Shown here piece after piece: positions 55,695 to 63,344 of a stretch of DNA of 64,000 nt. Origin of the DNA: a bacterium. GTDB taxonomy: Bacteria; Chloroflexota; Dormibacteria; Aeolococcales; Bog-877. The number at the start of each line of letters is the position of its first letter. Position 1 is the stretch's first letter. Location: assembly GCA_021801645.1 (NCBI GenBank), contig JAJYXT010000051.1, positions 1,451-65,450 on the forward strand, read 5' to 3'. The notes beneath the pieces are model-generated. The model did no database searches, was not told where the DNA came from, and saw nothing but the letters and a program-made list of their open reading frames with translations. The translations under genes were made by a program, and so were the position numbers.

Positions 55695-57677
55695 GTGACA
55701 GCGGCCCGCTACAGCCGCTGGGACGGGACTCAGGACCCCGGAGCCCCTGACCCGCAGGAGGTCTTCTCCCGGCTGGCGGAGGACGTGTTCCAGGGCTGGG
55801 ACTTCGAATCTGCCCTCCGGCGACTGCTGGGGCAGGGCTTTCAGGACCACGAGGGGAACCGCATCCCGGGCTTGGAAGGGCTGCTGGAGCAGCTCCGCCA
55901 GAGACGGCAGGCGGAGCTGCAGCGCTACAGCCTGGAGGGCCTCTTCCAGAACCTCGAGGAGCGGCTGGACCGGATCGTCCAGAGGGAGCGCGGGACACTG
56001 GCCGAACGGCGGAAGGCGGCGCTGGGCCCAGATGGCGAGGGGTCGGTGGGCCGGCTGCTGGCTGCCCGCCAGGAGCAGCTCGACCGGATTCCTCCCGAGA
56101 CCGGCTCCGCCATCCGCTTCCTGCAGGACTACGAGTTCGTGGACCCGGCCGCCGAGTCCGACTTCCGGGAGCTCTTGGACGAGCTTCGGCGCCAGCTGGT
56201 GGAGTCCCACCTGAGACAGGTGGGCGAGCGCCTCGGGGAGATGGGCGGGGCACAGATGGCTCAGCTGAAGGAGATGGTCGCGGACCTCAACTCGATGCTG
56301 GAGCGCCACCTGGCCGGCGAGCCCGATCGCTACGAGCAGTTCATGGAGCGCTGGGGCCAGGCCTTCCCCGACCATCCCGACAATCTGGAGGACTTCGTCC
56401 GCCAGCTGCAGCAGCGGATGGCGGAGATGGAGTCCCTAGTCCAATCGCTCAGCCCCGAGTCCCGAGCGGAGCTGGAGGCGATGATGGCGGCGGCGCTGGA
56501 CGACCCCGGGATCCAGGAGGAGCTGGCCCAGCTAGGCCAGCTGCTCTCAGGACTCGCCCCCGGCGGCCGCCTGGGGGGCAGGATGCAATTCTCCGGCGGG
56601 GAGGAGCTGGACTTCCCCGAGGCCATGGAGGTCATGGGGAGGCTGCGGCGCACCGAGGAGCTGGAGCGAGCGCTGCGAGCCGCCTACCGAGGACAGTCGC
56701 TCAGCGAGGAGCTGCGCTCCGCCCTCCTGGAGGAGCTGGGGCCGGAGGCAGCATCCGGGGTGGCTGCCATCGAGGAGCTGATGGCCGAACTGGCCCGCTC
56801 GGGCCAGCTCAGACTGAGCAGCGAGGGCGCCTCGCTGACCCCCCAGGGGGTGCGCCGGATCGGCCAGAAGGCGCTGGGAGACGTCTTCCGCCGCCTTCCC
56901 CCGGACCGCTTCGGCGGGCATCGCACCGATCGCACCGGTATCGGGGTGGAACCTGGGGACGAGACCAAGAGATACGAGTTCGGCGACCCCTTCCGCCTGG
57001 ATGTGGAGCGCACTGTGCGCAACGCGCTGCGAAGGGGACCGGGCCCTCCACCACTGACCCTGCGGCAGGAGGACTTCGAGGTGGTGCGCTCCGAGAGCCA
57101 GGTGCGGGCCACCACGGTGCTCATGCTGGACATGAGCCGGAGCATGCCGCTGCGGGGCTATTTCTACGCGGCCAAGAAGATGGCCCTGGCGCTGGAGTCC
57201 CTGATCCGCACCCAATACCCCCGCGACACCCTCTACGTGGTGGGGTTCTCCGACTACGCCAGGGAGATCCCCGCGACCGCTCTCGCCGAGCTCTCCTACA
57301 GCGAGTATGTGTACGGCACCAACCTCCAACACGGGCTGATGCTGGCCCGGCGGTTGCTCAGCCGCCACCGCGGGGGAAGCCGCCAGGTGATCGTGGTCTC
57401 GGACGGAGAGCCAACCGCTCACCTGGAGGGGGGGCGGCTGGTCTTCCGCTACCCGCCGCTCCCGGAGACCTTCCACAGGACGCTGGAGGAGGTGCGGCGC
57501 TGCACCGAGGAGCGCATCGTCATCAACACCTTCATGCTGGAGACCAACGGCCACCTGGTCCACTTCGTGCGCCAGCTGACCCGCCTCAATCGGGGGCGGG
57601 CCTTCTTCGTCAGCCCGGACCGGCTGGGAGACTACGTCCTCGTGGACTACGTCAGCGCGCGGGCCGGGAGCGTCTGA
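55695..57677 (+). CDS. VWA-domain protein with a long helical N-terminal region
   Basis: The GTG lies 7 nt after the AAA+ stop. About 400 aa are E/L/R/Q-rich and helical. The VWA domain then has MIDAS VLMLDMSRSM, plus VVGFSDYA and VVSDGEPTAH. Confidence 0.75.
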   Translation: MTAARYSRWDGTQDPGAPDPQEVFSRLAEDVFQGWDFESALRRLLGQGFQDHEGNRIPGLEGLLEQLRQRRQAELQRYSLEGLFQNLEERLDRIVQRERGTLAERRKAALGPDGEGSVGRLLAARQEQLDRIPPETGSAIRFLQDYEFVDPAAESDFRELLDELRRQLVESHLRQVGERLGEMGGAQMAQLKEMVADLNSMLERHLAGEPDRYEQFMERWGQAFPDHPDNLEDFVRQLQQRMAEMESLVQSLSPESRAELEAMMAAALDDPGIQEELAQLGQLLSGLAPGGRLGGRMQFSGGEELDFPEAMEVMGRLRRTEELERALRAAYRGQSLSEELRSALLEELGPEAASGVAAIEELMAELARSGQLRLSSEGASLTPQGVRRIGQKALGDVFRRLPPDRFGGHRTDRTGIGVEPGDETKRYEFGDPFRLDVERTVRNALRRGPGPPPLTLRQEDFEVVRSESQVRATTVLMLDMSRSMPLRGYFYAAKKMALALESLIRTQYPRDTLYVVGFSDYAREIPATALAELSYSEYVYGTNLQHGLMLARRLLSRHRGGSRQVIVVSDGEPTAHLEGGRLVFRYPPLPETFHRTLEEVRRCTEERIVINTFMLETNGHLVHFVRQLTRLNRGRAFFVSPDRLGDYVLVDYVSARAGSV

Positions 57678-57682
57678 TCCGG

Positions 57683-58558
57683 GTGCCGGCCCCTTCCCTG
57701 GATTCCCGGCGGCAGGAGTTCCAGCTCCGCCTGCTGACCCAGCTTCGGGCACGCTACCCCGACTGGTCACTGGAGGCAGCTCCCGATGGCTTCGGGATCC
57801 TCGCCCGCAAGGACCGAGCGAGGGTCACGCTGACCCTGGAGACGCTGTACGGTAGCTGCCGCCAGGAGGAGGCCGCCACTCCGGCGCTGATCTCCAGCTT
57901 CGTGGCGGCGGCGGCGCCCCGTCTGGCCGCTGCCGAGGCGTCTCCGGAGTCCGGGGCCGCGCCCGACCCCGATGCCCTCGTCTGGTGCGTCCGGCTGGAG
58001 AAGGTGGTGCGGGGATACAGCAGGTCCCCGGAGCTGGTCACCCGCCCCCTGCCGGGCGGGCTGCTGGCCTTCGTCTCCGAGGCCCTCCCCGGCGAGGTGA
58101 TGCGCGGGGTGTCGGCGACTGAGGCCGAGGCGGCGGGCCTGTCGGCAGAGCACCTGGCCGAGATGGCAGACCGCAACACCTCTCTGCGGCTCGGGGGGTG
58201 GCGCGAGACCCTGGACCAGCACCCTGGCCAGCGACGCTGGCTCTTCTCGGATGATCCTCTCTTCGCCAGCAGCCTGCTGGTTGTCCCCGAGTTCCTGGCG
58301 GCGCTGGCCCAGCGGGGGGGCGGCGAGGCGGCACTCCTGGTTCCTGATCGGGGAATGGTGGTGGGGGCGGTCGGCGAGGCGGCTGGTCCGCCCCAGCTCC
58401 AGCACCTCTCGCGGCGGCTGTACGGCATGGCCAGGAGCCCGCTCATCCCCCAGGTGCTGGCCACCGACGGCACCACCTTGGTGCTCCACCCCGCCGAGGC
58501 GGTGCCCCGCCGGCCCTGGTCGGGCTGGCGCCAGGTCCTGGGGCTGCGGGAGAGGTGA
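57683..58558 (+). CDS. Conserved-looking hypothetical protein (possibly DUF1444/YtpQ-like)
   Basis: The GTG lies 5 nt after the VWA stop. The codon usage looks like coding sequence. The N-terminus (FQLRLLTQLRARYPDWSLEAAPDGFGILARKDRARVTLTLETLY) is reminiscent of DUF1444, but that is memory only. Confidence 0.5.
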   Translation: MPAPSLDSRRQEFQLRLLTQLRARYPDWSLEAAPDGFGILARKDRARVTLTLETLYGSCRQEEAATPALISSFVAAAAPRLAAAEASPESGAAPDPDALVWCVRLEKVVRGYSRSPELVTRPLPGGLLAFVSEALPGEVMRGVSATEAEAAGLSAEHLAEMADRNTSLRLGGWRETLDQHPGQRRWLFSDDPLFASSLLVVPEFLAALAQRGGGEAALLVPDRGMVVGAVGEAAGPPQLQHLSRRLYGMARSPLIPQVLATDGTTLVLHPAEAVPRRPWSGWRQVLGLRER

Positions 58559-59406
58559 CGGGCCAGCAGGCAGCCGTCGCCCGTGGGATCGCGACGCTGG
58601 CCGAGGAGGCCCGCCGGCGCTACGGGTTGCCACTGGTGCGGGTCCAGGTGCTCGGTCGCGGGGTGATGGGGTCTGTCGGCCTGGCCTCCCAGGAGGAGGC
58701 GGTTCGGCGCCTCATGAGTGGGAGCTGGCCCTCTGGGGAGGTGAGGATCCTGGTGCTGGCCATGCGGCGGGCACGGGTCGGCCTCGGCCCCGGGGTGCTG
58801 CCGCTCAAGATCTGGCGCTCCCCGCTCCCCACCGAACGGGGTGGGCGGGAGCTGACCACCGAGCTCCTGCCGGGCGACCCGCCGGCGGCGCTCCTGGCGG
58901 TCTTTCCCGACCACCTCCTGGTGCGGGCCCCTGGGGAGGCGGTCGGCTGGGTGGACCGGTCCCCCGACCTTCGGTTCGGACCTCCTCCGGCAGCCTTCCA
59001 GAGCCGGGCCTCCTGGGACCCCGAGCTGGTCCTGGATTCAGCGCTGGGCCATCTCGGCAGGCCATACGTCTGGGGTGGCACCGGGGCCGAGGGGCTGGAC
59101 TGCTCGGGACTCGTCTGGCGAAGCTTCCTCGAGGCGGGGGTCCTGCTACCCCGCAACAGCCGGGCGCAACGGCTCCTGGGACGCCGGGTCAGGATCTCCG
59201 AACTGCAGCCGGCTGACCTGGTGGCGGCGCTCAGCCGGGGGCCGGCCCGGCACAGCCACGTGGCCCTGGCCCTGGGGCCGGACGAGGTAGTCCACGCCTG
59301 CAGCGAGACCAGGGCGGTGCGGCGGGAGGCGCTAAAGGACTTCCAGGATCGGTACCAGGTGGTCGCCGTACGCCGGCTTTCGGGCGTCCACCCAGACTCC
59401 CGGTAA
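58555..59406 (+). CDS. Cytoplasmic SH3b + NlpC/P60 (C40) peptidase, YkfC-like
   Basis: It has a GTGA overlap with the upstream stop and no signal peptide. The catalytic Cys is in GRPYVWGGTGAEGLDCSGLVW, with His in HSHVALAL. The upstream segment is SH3b-like (LPLKIWRSP...LLVRAPGEAVGWVD). Confidence 0.75.
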   Translation: MTGQQAAVARGIATLAEEARRRYGLPLVRVQVLGRGVMGSVGLASQEEAVRRLMSGSWPSGEVRILVLAMRRARVGLGPGVLPLKIWRSPLPTERGGRELTTELLPGDPPAALLAVFPDHLLVRAPGEAVGWVDRSPDLRFGPPPAAFQSRASWDPELVLDSALGHLGRPYVWGGTGAEGLDCSGLVWRSFLEAGVLLPRNSRAQRLLGRRVRISELQPADLVAALSRGPARHSHVALALGPDEVVHACSETRAVRREALKDFQDRYQVVAVRRLSGVHPDSR

Positions 59407-59415
59407 TCTGAGGCG

Positions 59416-60951
59416 GTGCTTCCCGCCGCCACGCAGGGCCTCCCGGCATCCGCCGCCCTCCGGGTCCCCTCCCGGCTGGAGGGCCCTCGTGACCGGCGTA
59501 TTGACGTGGTCGGGGTCGGGAGTGTCGAGGGAGGGGAGATGGCTCACTTCCTCCTGGCGGCCGGCTTCACCCGGGTGGTGGGCCATGACCTCAGCCCCGA
59601 CCTCCAGGAGCTCGCCAGGGCTCACCGGCTCGCGCACGCCGGCATGGGTGCCGAGGCAGCTCGGGAACAGCTGGAGGGTCTGCTCGCCGGCCTGGCGGAG
59701 CTCCACCTGGGGGAGCGCTATCTGCAGGGCATCGCGGAGAGCAGCCTGGTGGTGCCCACCCAGGCCTGGTTCCTGCACCCCAGAAACCGCGAGCTGCACC
59801 AGCTCCGGGAGCAGGGCTTCCCCTTCTACTCTCTGATCCAGGCTTACCTGGACCTCTGCCGCGGGCCGGTGCTGGGGGTCACAGGAAGCCACGGCAAGTC
59901 CACCACCTCGGCGCTGGTGGCGCGGGGGCTGAGGGCGATCGCTCCTCTGGTGTGGCTGGCGGGCAACGACCGCCATAACCAGCAGGCGCTGGAGGCGGTG
60001 TCCCGGGACGCTGCCGGCGAGGGGTGGCTGGTGCTGGAGATCTCCAACCGTCAGCTTCTGCAGATGGATCGTGCCCCCAGGGTGGGCTGCATCACCAACA
60101 TCACCCCCAACCACCTGGAGGAGCACGGGGGGATGGACGCCTACGTGGCCTGCAAGCGGCGCATCTACGAGCTCCCCGGTTGTGAGGTGGGGGTCCGCAA
60201 CGCCGACGACCCGGTCAGCTGGGCCGCCGGCCCCCTGCCGCGGGGGGTCCGCCAGGTGTTGTTCGCAAAGGAAGAGGCCGCGCTCGGGGAGAGCGACGGC
60301 TGCTTCGAGGAGGACGGCTGGGCGGTGGTCCGCCGAGGGAAGGAGCGCCGGGCGGTGCTGGAGCTGGACAGCCTGCGCCTGCCCGGCCAGCACAACCGGG
60401 CCAACGTCCGGGCGGCCCTGGCGATGCTGGCCGCCTCGGACGAGGTCCTAGGGCCCCAGCTCCCCGAGGCGGCGCGGGCGCTGGCCGAGCTGCGGCCACT
60501 CCCCCACCGCATCCAGCTGGTCTGGCAACAGGGAGGCGTGGACTACTTCGACGACCTCTCCAGCACCACCCCCCAGTCCACCGTGGCCGCGGTCCGGACG
60601 CTGGCGCGGGAGGTGGTCCTCATCTGCGGGGGTGACGACAAGTCCATCCCCTTCGACGAGCTTGCCGGCCTCGTGGGGCACGAGGTGCGCCAGGTGCTGC
60701 TGCTGCCCGGCACAGGGTCGGCGCGGCTGCTGGAGGCGGTGCGCCGCAGCGGCGGCGGGGCGCTGGTACGGGAGATGGGGAGCCTCGAGGAGGCGGTCCA
60801 GGCGGCCCGCTCCCTGGCTCGCCCGGGAGACGCCGTGCTCCTCTCCCCCGCCTGCCCGGGTTTCTTCTCCGCCCACTATGGAGCGGGAGGCTACCGGCGG
60901 GCCCTCAGGGGCAAACCTACTTCTCCTCGTCCACGAACGGAGCCAGGGTGA
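59416..60951 (+). CDS. MurD-like Mur ligase (divergent paralogue)
   Basis: The Rossmann-like N-domain is IDVVGVGSVEGGEMAHFLL and the P-loop is GVTGSHGKSTT. NITPNHLEEHGGMDAYVACKRRI and HNRANV follow. The C-domain reads DDLSSTTPQS where I recall NDSKATN in E. coli MurD. Confidence 0.7.
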   Translation: MLPAATQGLPASAALRVPSRLEGPRDRRIDVVGVGSVEGGEMAHFLLAAGFTRVVGHDLSPDLQELARAHRLAHAGMGAEAAREQLEGLLAGLAELHLGERYLQGIAESSLVVPTQAWFLHPRNRELHQLREQGFPFYSLIQAYLDLCRGPVLGVTGSHGKSTTSALVARGLRAIAPLVWLAGNDRHNQQALEAVSRDAAGEGWLVLEISNRQLLQMDRAPRVGCITNITPNHLEEHGGMDAYVACKRRIYELPGCEVGVRNADDPVSWAAGPLPRGVRQVLFAKEEAALGESDGCFEEDGWAVVRRGKERRAVLELDSLRLPGQHNRANVRAALAMLAASDEVLGPQLPEAARALAELRPLPHRIQLVWQQGGVDYFDDLSSTTPQSTVAAVRTLAREVVLICGGDDKSIPFDELAGLVGHEVRQVLLLPGTGSARLLEAVRRSGGGALVREMGSLEEAVQAARSLARPGDAVLLSPACPGFFSAHYGAGGYRRALRGKPTSPRPRTEPG

Positions 60952-61084
60952 AGGGGGCTGTCGCCACCACCTCGAAGACCGCCCCGCAGTTGGGGCAGTC
61001 CACCAGCGCCCCCACCTCCTCGTCCCCCAGGAGGTCCAGGTCGGCGCCGCAATCGGGGCAGCAGCGGTCGGATCGGTCGGCCAT
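60917..61084 (-). CDS. LysW-like zinc-ribbon protein (amino-group carrier protein family) with a non-canonical C-terminus
   Basis: The 55-aa product is MADRSDRCCPDCGADLDLLGDEEVGALVDCPNCGAVFEVVATAPFTLAPFVDEEK. It has two CPxCGA knuckles and an acidic tail. GGAG lies 7 nt before the ATG at 61082-61084. Trimmed from the 111-aa track ORF. Confidence 0.65.
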   Translation of the reverse strand: MADRSDRCCPDCGADLDLLGDEEVGALVDCPNCGAVFEVVATAPFTLAPFVDEEK

Positions 61085-61098
61085 CTGGTATCTCCTGC

Positions 61099-62118
61099 GT
61101 GGCGGCGGCTGAGGCCGGCGGCGGGCACCCCCCGCCTCCCAATTTAGCGAAAGCTCCACCATCCCCGCCCCCGACCCCGCTGGAGCCGGCTCCCGAGCTG
61201 GGATCGCTACTGGGGATCGAGGAGCTCTGGTTGAAGCGGGAGGACCTCTCACCGGACGGCTCGCACAAGGGCCGCAGCGCCGAGAGGATGCTGGTGGAGA
61301 TGGCCGCCCAGGGCCATTCAGCCGCAGTGGTCAGCTCCTCGGGCAATGCCGCTCTGGCGCTGGCCCGCCGCGCCGGCGCCCACGGGGTCCGCCTGCTGGC
61401 CCTGGTGTCTCCCCTCACCCCGGCGGTGAAGCTGCGCCGCCTCCTGGCGACCGGCGAGATGGTGGTGGCCAGCCACCACCCGGTGGCTCTGCTGCACCAC
61501 GCCGTGGACCAGTGGGGAATGGCCGACCTGCGCGGCTCGACCAACGAACTGGCGCCTCTCGCCTACCGCCCGCTCGCCGGTGAGCTGGCTCCGGCCGGGC
61601 CCTGGTCGGCGGTCTTCGTGTACAGCTCGAGCGGCGCCACCGCCCTGGGGCTCGGCCAGGGCTGGCGGGAGAGCGGCACGCCCCCCCAGCTCCACCCCGT
61701 GGAAGGGGCCCCCGGAGGTGAGCTGACCCGCCCCTGGTACCGGGGCCAGCCGTCCCTCGAGCCGGCCCCGGTGGGTGAGCTGGGAACTCACCGCAGCCGC
61801 CTCTCCCCCCTGCTTCGCCGGGAGGTGATGCGCAGTGGGGGACGTGGCTGGCGAGTGGGTGCCGGTCAGCTGGCAAAGGTGCGGACCGCCGCCCGTGAGT
61901 GTGGGCTGGAGACCTCCTGGGAGGGGTTGGCGGCACTGGCAGCCGCCTCTCTCTGGTCCGCGGAGGCCGGAGGGCGGACCCTGGTCCTGCTGACCGGGGC
62001 GGGTTGGCAGCTTGACCTGACCCCCTCCCCCACCCCCCTTGCCCCGACGGCGGACACGCCCGCCGAGCTGGATGCGATCCTAGGCCCAGCGGGGTTCCGG
62101 AGGGAGGGAGGACGGTGA
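61099..62118 (+). CDS. Fold-type II PLP-dependent enzyme (Trp-synthase-beta/threonine-synthase-like)
   Basis: TPLEPAPELGSLLGIEELWLKREDLSPDGSHKGRSA matches the SxK[DG]R[GS]A lysine motif, and VVSSSGNAALALA the SSGN motif. The only plausible start is the GTG at 61099. Confidence 0.65.
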   Translation: MAAAEAGGGHPPPPNLAKAPPSPPPTPLEPAPELGSLLGIEELWLKREDLSPDGSHKGRSAERMLVEMAAQGHSAAVVSSSGNAALALARRAGAHGVRLLALVSPLTPAVKLRRLLATGEMVVASHHPVALLHHAVDQWGMADLRGSTNELAPLAYRPLAGELAPAGPWSAVFVYSSSGATALGLGQGWRESGTPPQLHPVEGAPGGELTRPWYRGQPSLEPAPVGELGTHRSRLSPLLRREVMRSGGRGWRVGAGQLAKVRTAARECGLETSWEGLAALAAASLWSAEAGGRTLVLLTGAGWQLDLTPSPTPLAPTADTPAELDAILGPAGFRREGGR

Positions 62119-63344
62119 CCGGCGGCCGGGTGTTCTACGTCGCCCCCGACCCGGTGGCCGCGCTGGGATCGCAGCTGTCTGTCCTGGCTGCCAGCGATGC
62201 CGGACTTGCGGCGGACCCCGGCCGGATCACCGTGGTACCGGGCGGGGGCCGGGCTGGCCGCTCCCTGCTGGACATCCCGGAGGTCGGGCGGAGGCTGCAG
62301 CGGGAGGCGTCGGCAGTGGTCCTCTGGACCGGGTCCGCCGCCGCACGGCGGCGGCTCGCCGAGCTCGGTGTCCCAAGCGCCAACAGCGATCCCCAGATCG
62401 CCCGCCGGCTGGAGAACAAGGCCCACTTCCAGGACGCGGCCCGCGCCCGGGGGATCCCGGTGCCCCGGAGCGTCTCCGGCGTCGCCGGCCCCGCCCTCCT
62501 GGCTGCCGCCTCCCACTGCGGCCGGGCGGTCTTCCAGCTGGCCCGGGGATACTCCGGTGCCGCGACCTTTCCGGTCCAGGACGCCTCCGAGCTTGCCGCG
62601 CTGGTCACCAGGTTTGAGGGCCACCCCTGCCGGGTGGCCGAGTTCATCGAGGGGACGCCGGTCACGGTGACCGGGGTGGCCCTCGAGGAAAGGGTGGCCC
62701 TCGGCCCCCCCTGCCTCCAGCTCACCGGCCTTGCCGAGCTGACCCCGCACCCACTGGGATCCTGCGGCAATGACTTCAGCTCCCCGGTACCGGGAGCGGA
62801 GGCGGTGGCCGAGGTTGCCCAGCGGACCGGCGAGTGGCTCCGGGAGCTCGGCCATCGGGGGATATTCGGGGTGGACCTGGTGGTGGATCCGAAAGGGCGC
62901 CCCTGGTGCATCGAGGTGAACCCGCGGCTGGTGGCCAGCCTGCCGCTCTGGTCGCTCTCCGCGCCTGCCGGCAGCTCGCTGCTCGACCTGCACCTGGCAG
63001 CCTTCGGGCTCGCCGAGGACACCGGGGCCTCCCTGGACTGCCATTGGTCTCAGCTCATCCTCTACCAGCAGGGCAGGGCGGGGAGCGCTGAGGCGCCAGT
63101 GAGCGAGGAGGGAGCGTGGGGCTCGGCCGGAGGCTTCGTTCCCGATCGCCGCCTCACCCTGGCCGGCCCGGGCCTGGGCCGGGTGGGCCTGATCCGGCGG
63201 TCCCCCGCCGGGCCCGGGAAGGAGCTGGCCCGCCTGATCCTCGAGGGTCCCCTCATCGGGGCCGGCGGCGGTCTCCTGCCTCATCTGAGGGCCGCCGTCC
63301 TGGCCCTGCGCGCGGAGCTGGAGCCGGAGCCTGCGCACCAGTAG
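62115..63344 (+). CDS. ATP-grasp ligase
   Basis: It has a GTGA overlap with the PLP-enzyme stop. NKAHFQDAARARGIPVP, VAEFIEGTPVTVTG and FGVDLVVDPKGRPWCIEVNPRL (E-x-N Mg/ATP motif) are present. Confidence 0.7.
   Translation: MTGGRVFYVAPDPVAALGSQLSVLAASDAGLAADPGRITVVPGGGRAGRSLLDIPEVGRRLQREASAVVLWTGSAAARRRLAELGVPSANSDPQIARRLENKAHFQDAARARGIPVPRSVSGVAGPALLAAASHCGRAVFQLARGYSGAATFPVQDASELAALVTRFEGHPCRVAEFIEGTPVTVTGVALEERVALGPPCLQLTGLAELTPHPLGSCGNDFSSPVPGAEAVAEVAQRTGEWLRELGHRGIFGVDLVVDPKGRPWCIEVNPRLVASLPLWSLSAPAGSSLLDLHLAAFGLAEDTGASLDCHWSQLILYQQGRAGSAEAPVSEEGAWGSAGGFVPDRRLTLAGPGLGRVGLIRRSPAGPGKELARLILEGPLIGAGGGLLPHLRAAVLALRAELEPEPAHQ

Noticed and set aside
54293-57677. Interpretation of the AAA+/VWA pair as a magnesium or cobalt chelatase (BchI/BchD, CobS/CobT).
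   Set aside because: There is no large H/N-type chelatase subunit and no tetrapyrrole genes nearby. The VWA protein has a long helical N-terminus rather than a BchD-like AAA-derived N-domain. The operon partners are cell-wall-peptide enzymes. I kept it as 'ChlI-like AAA+' only.
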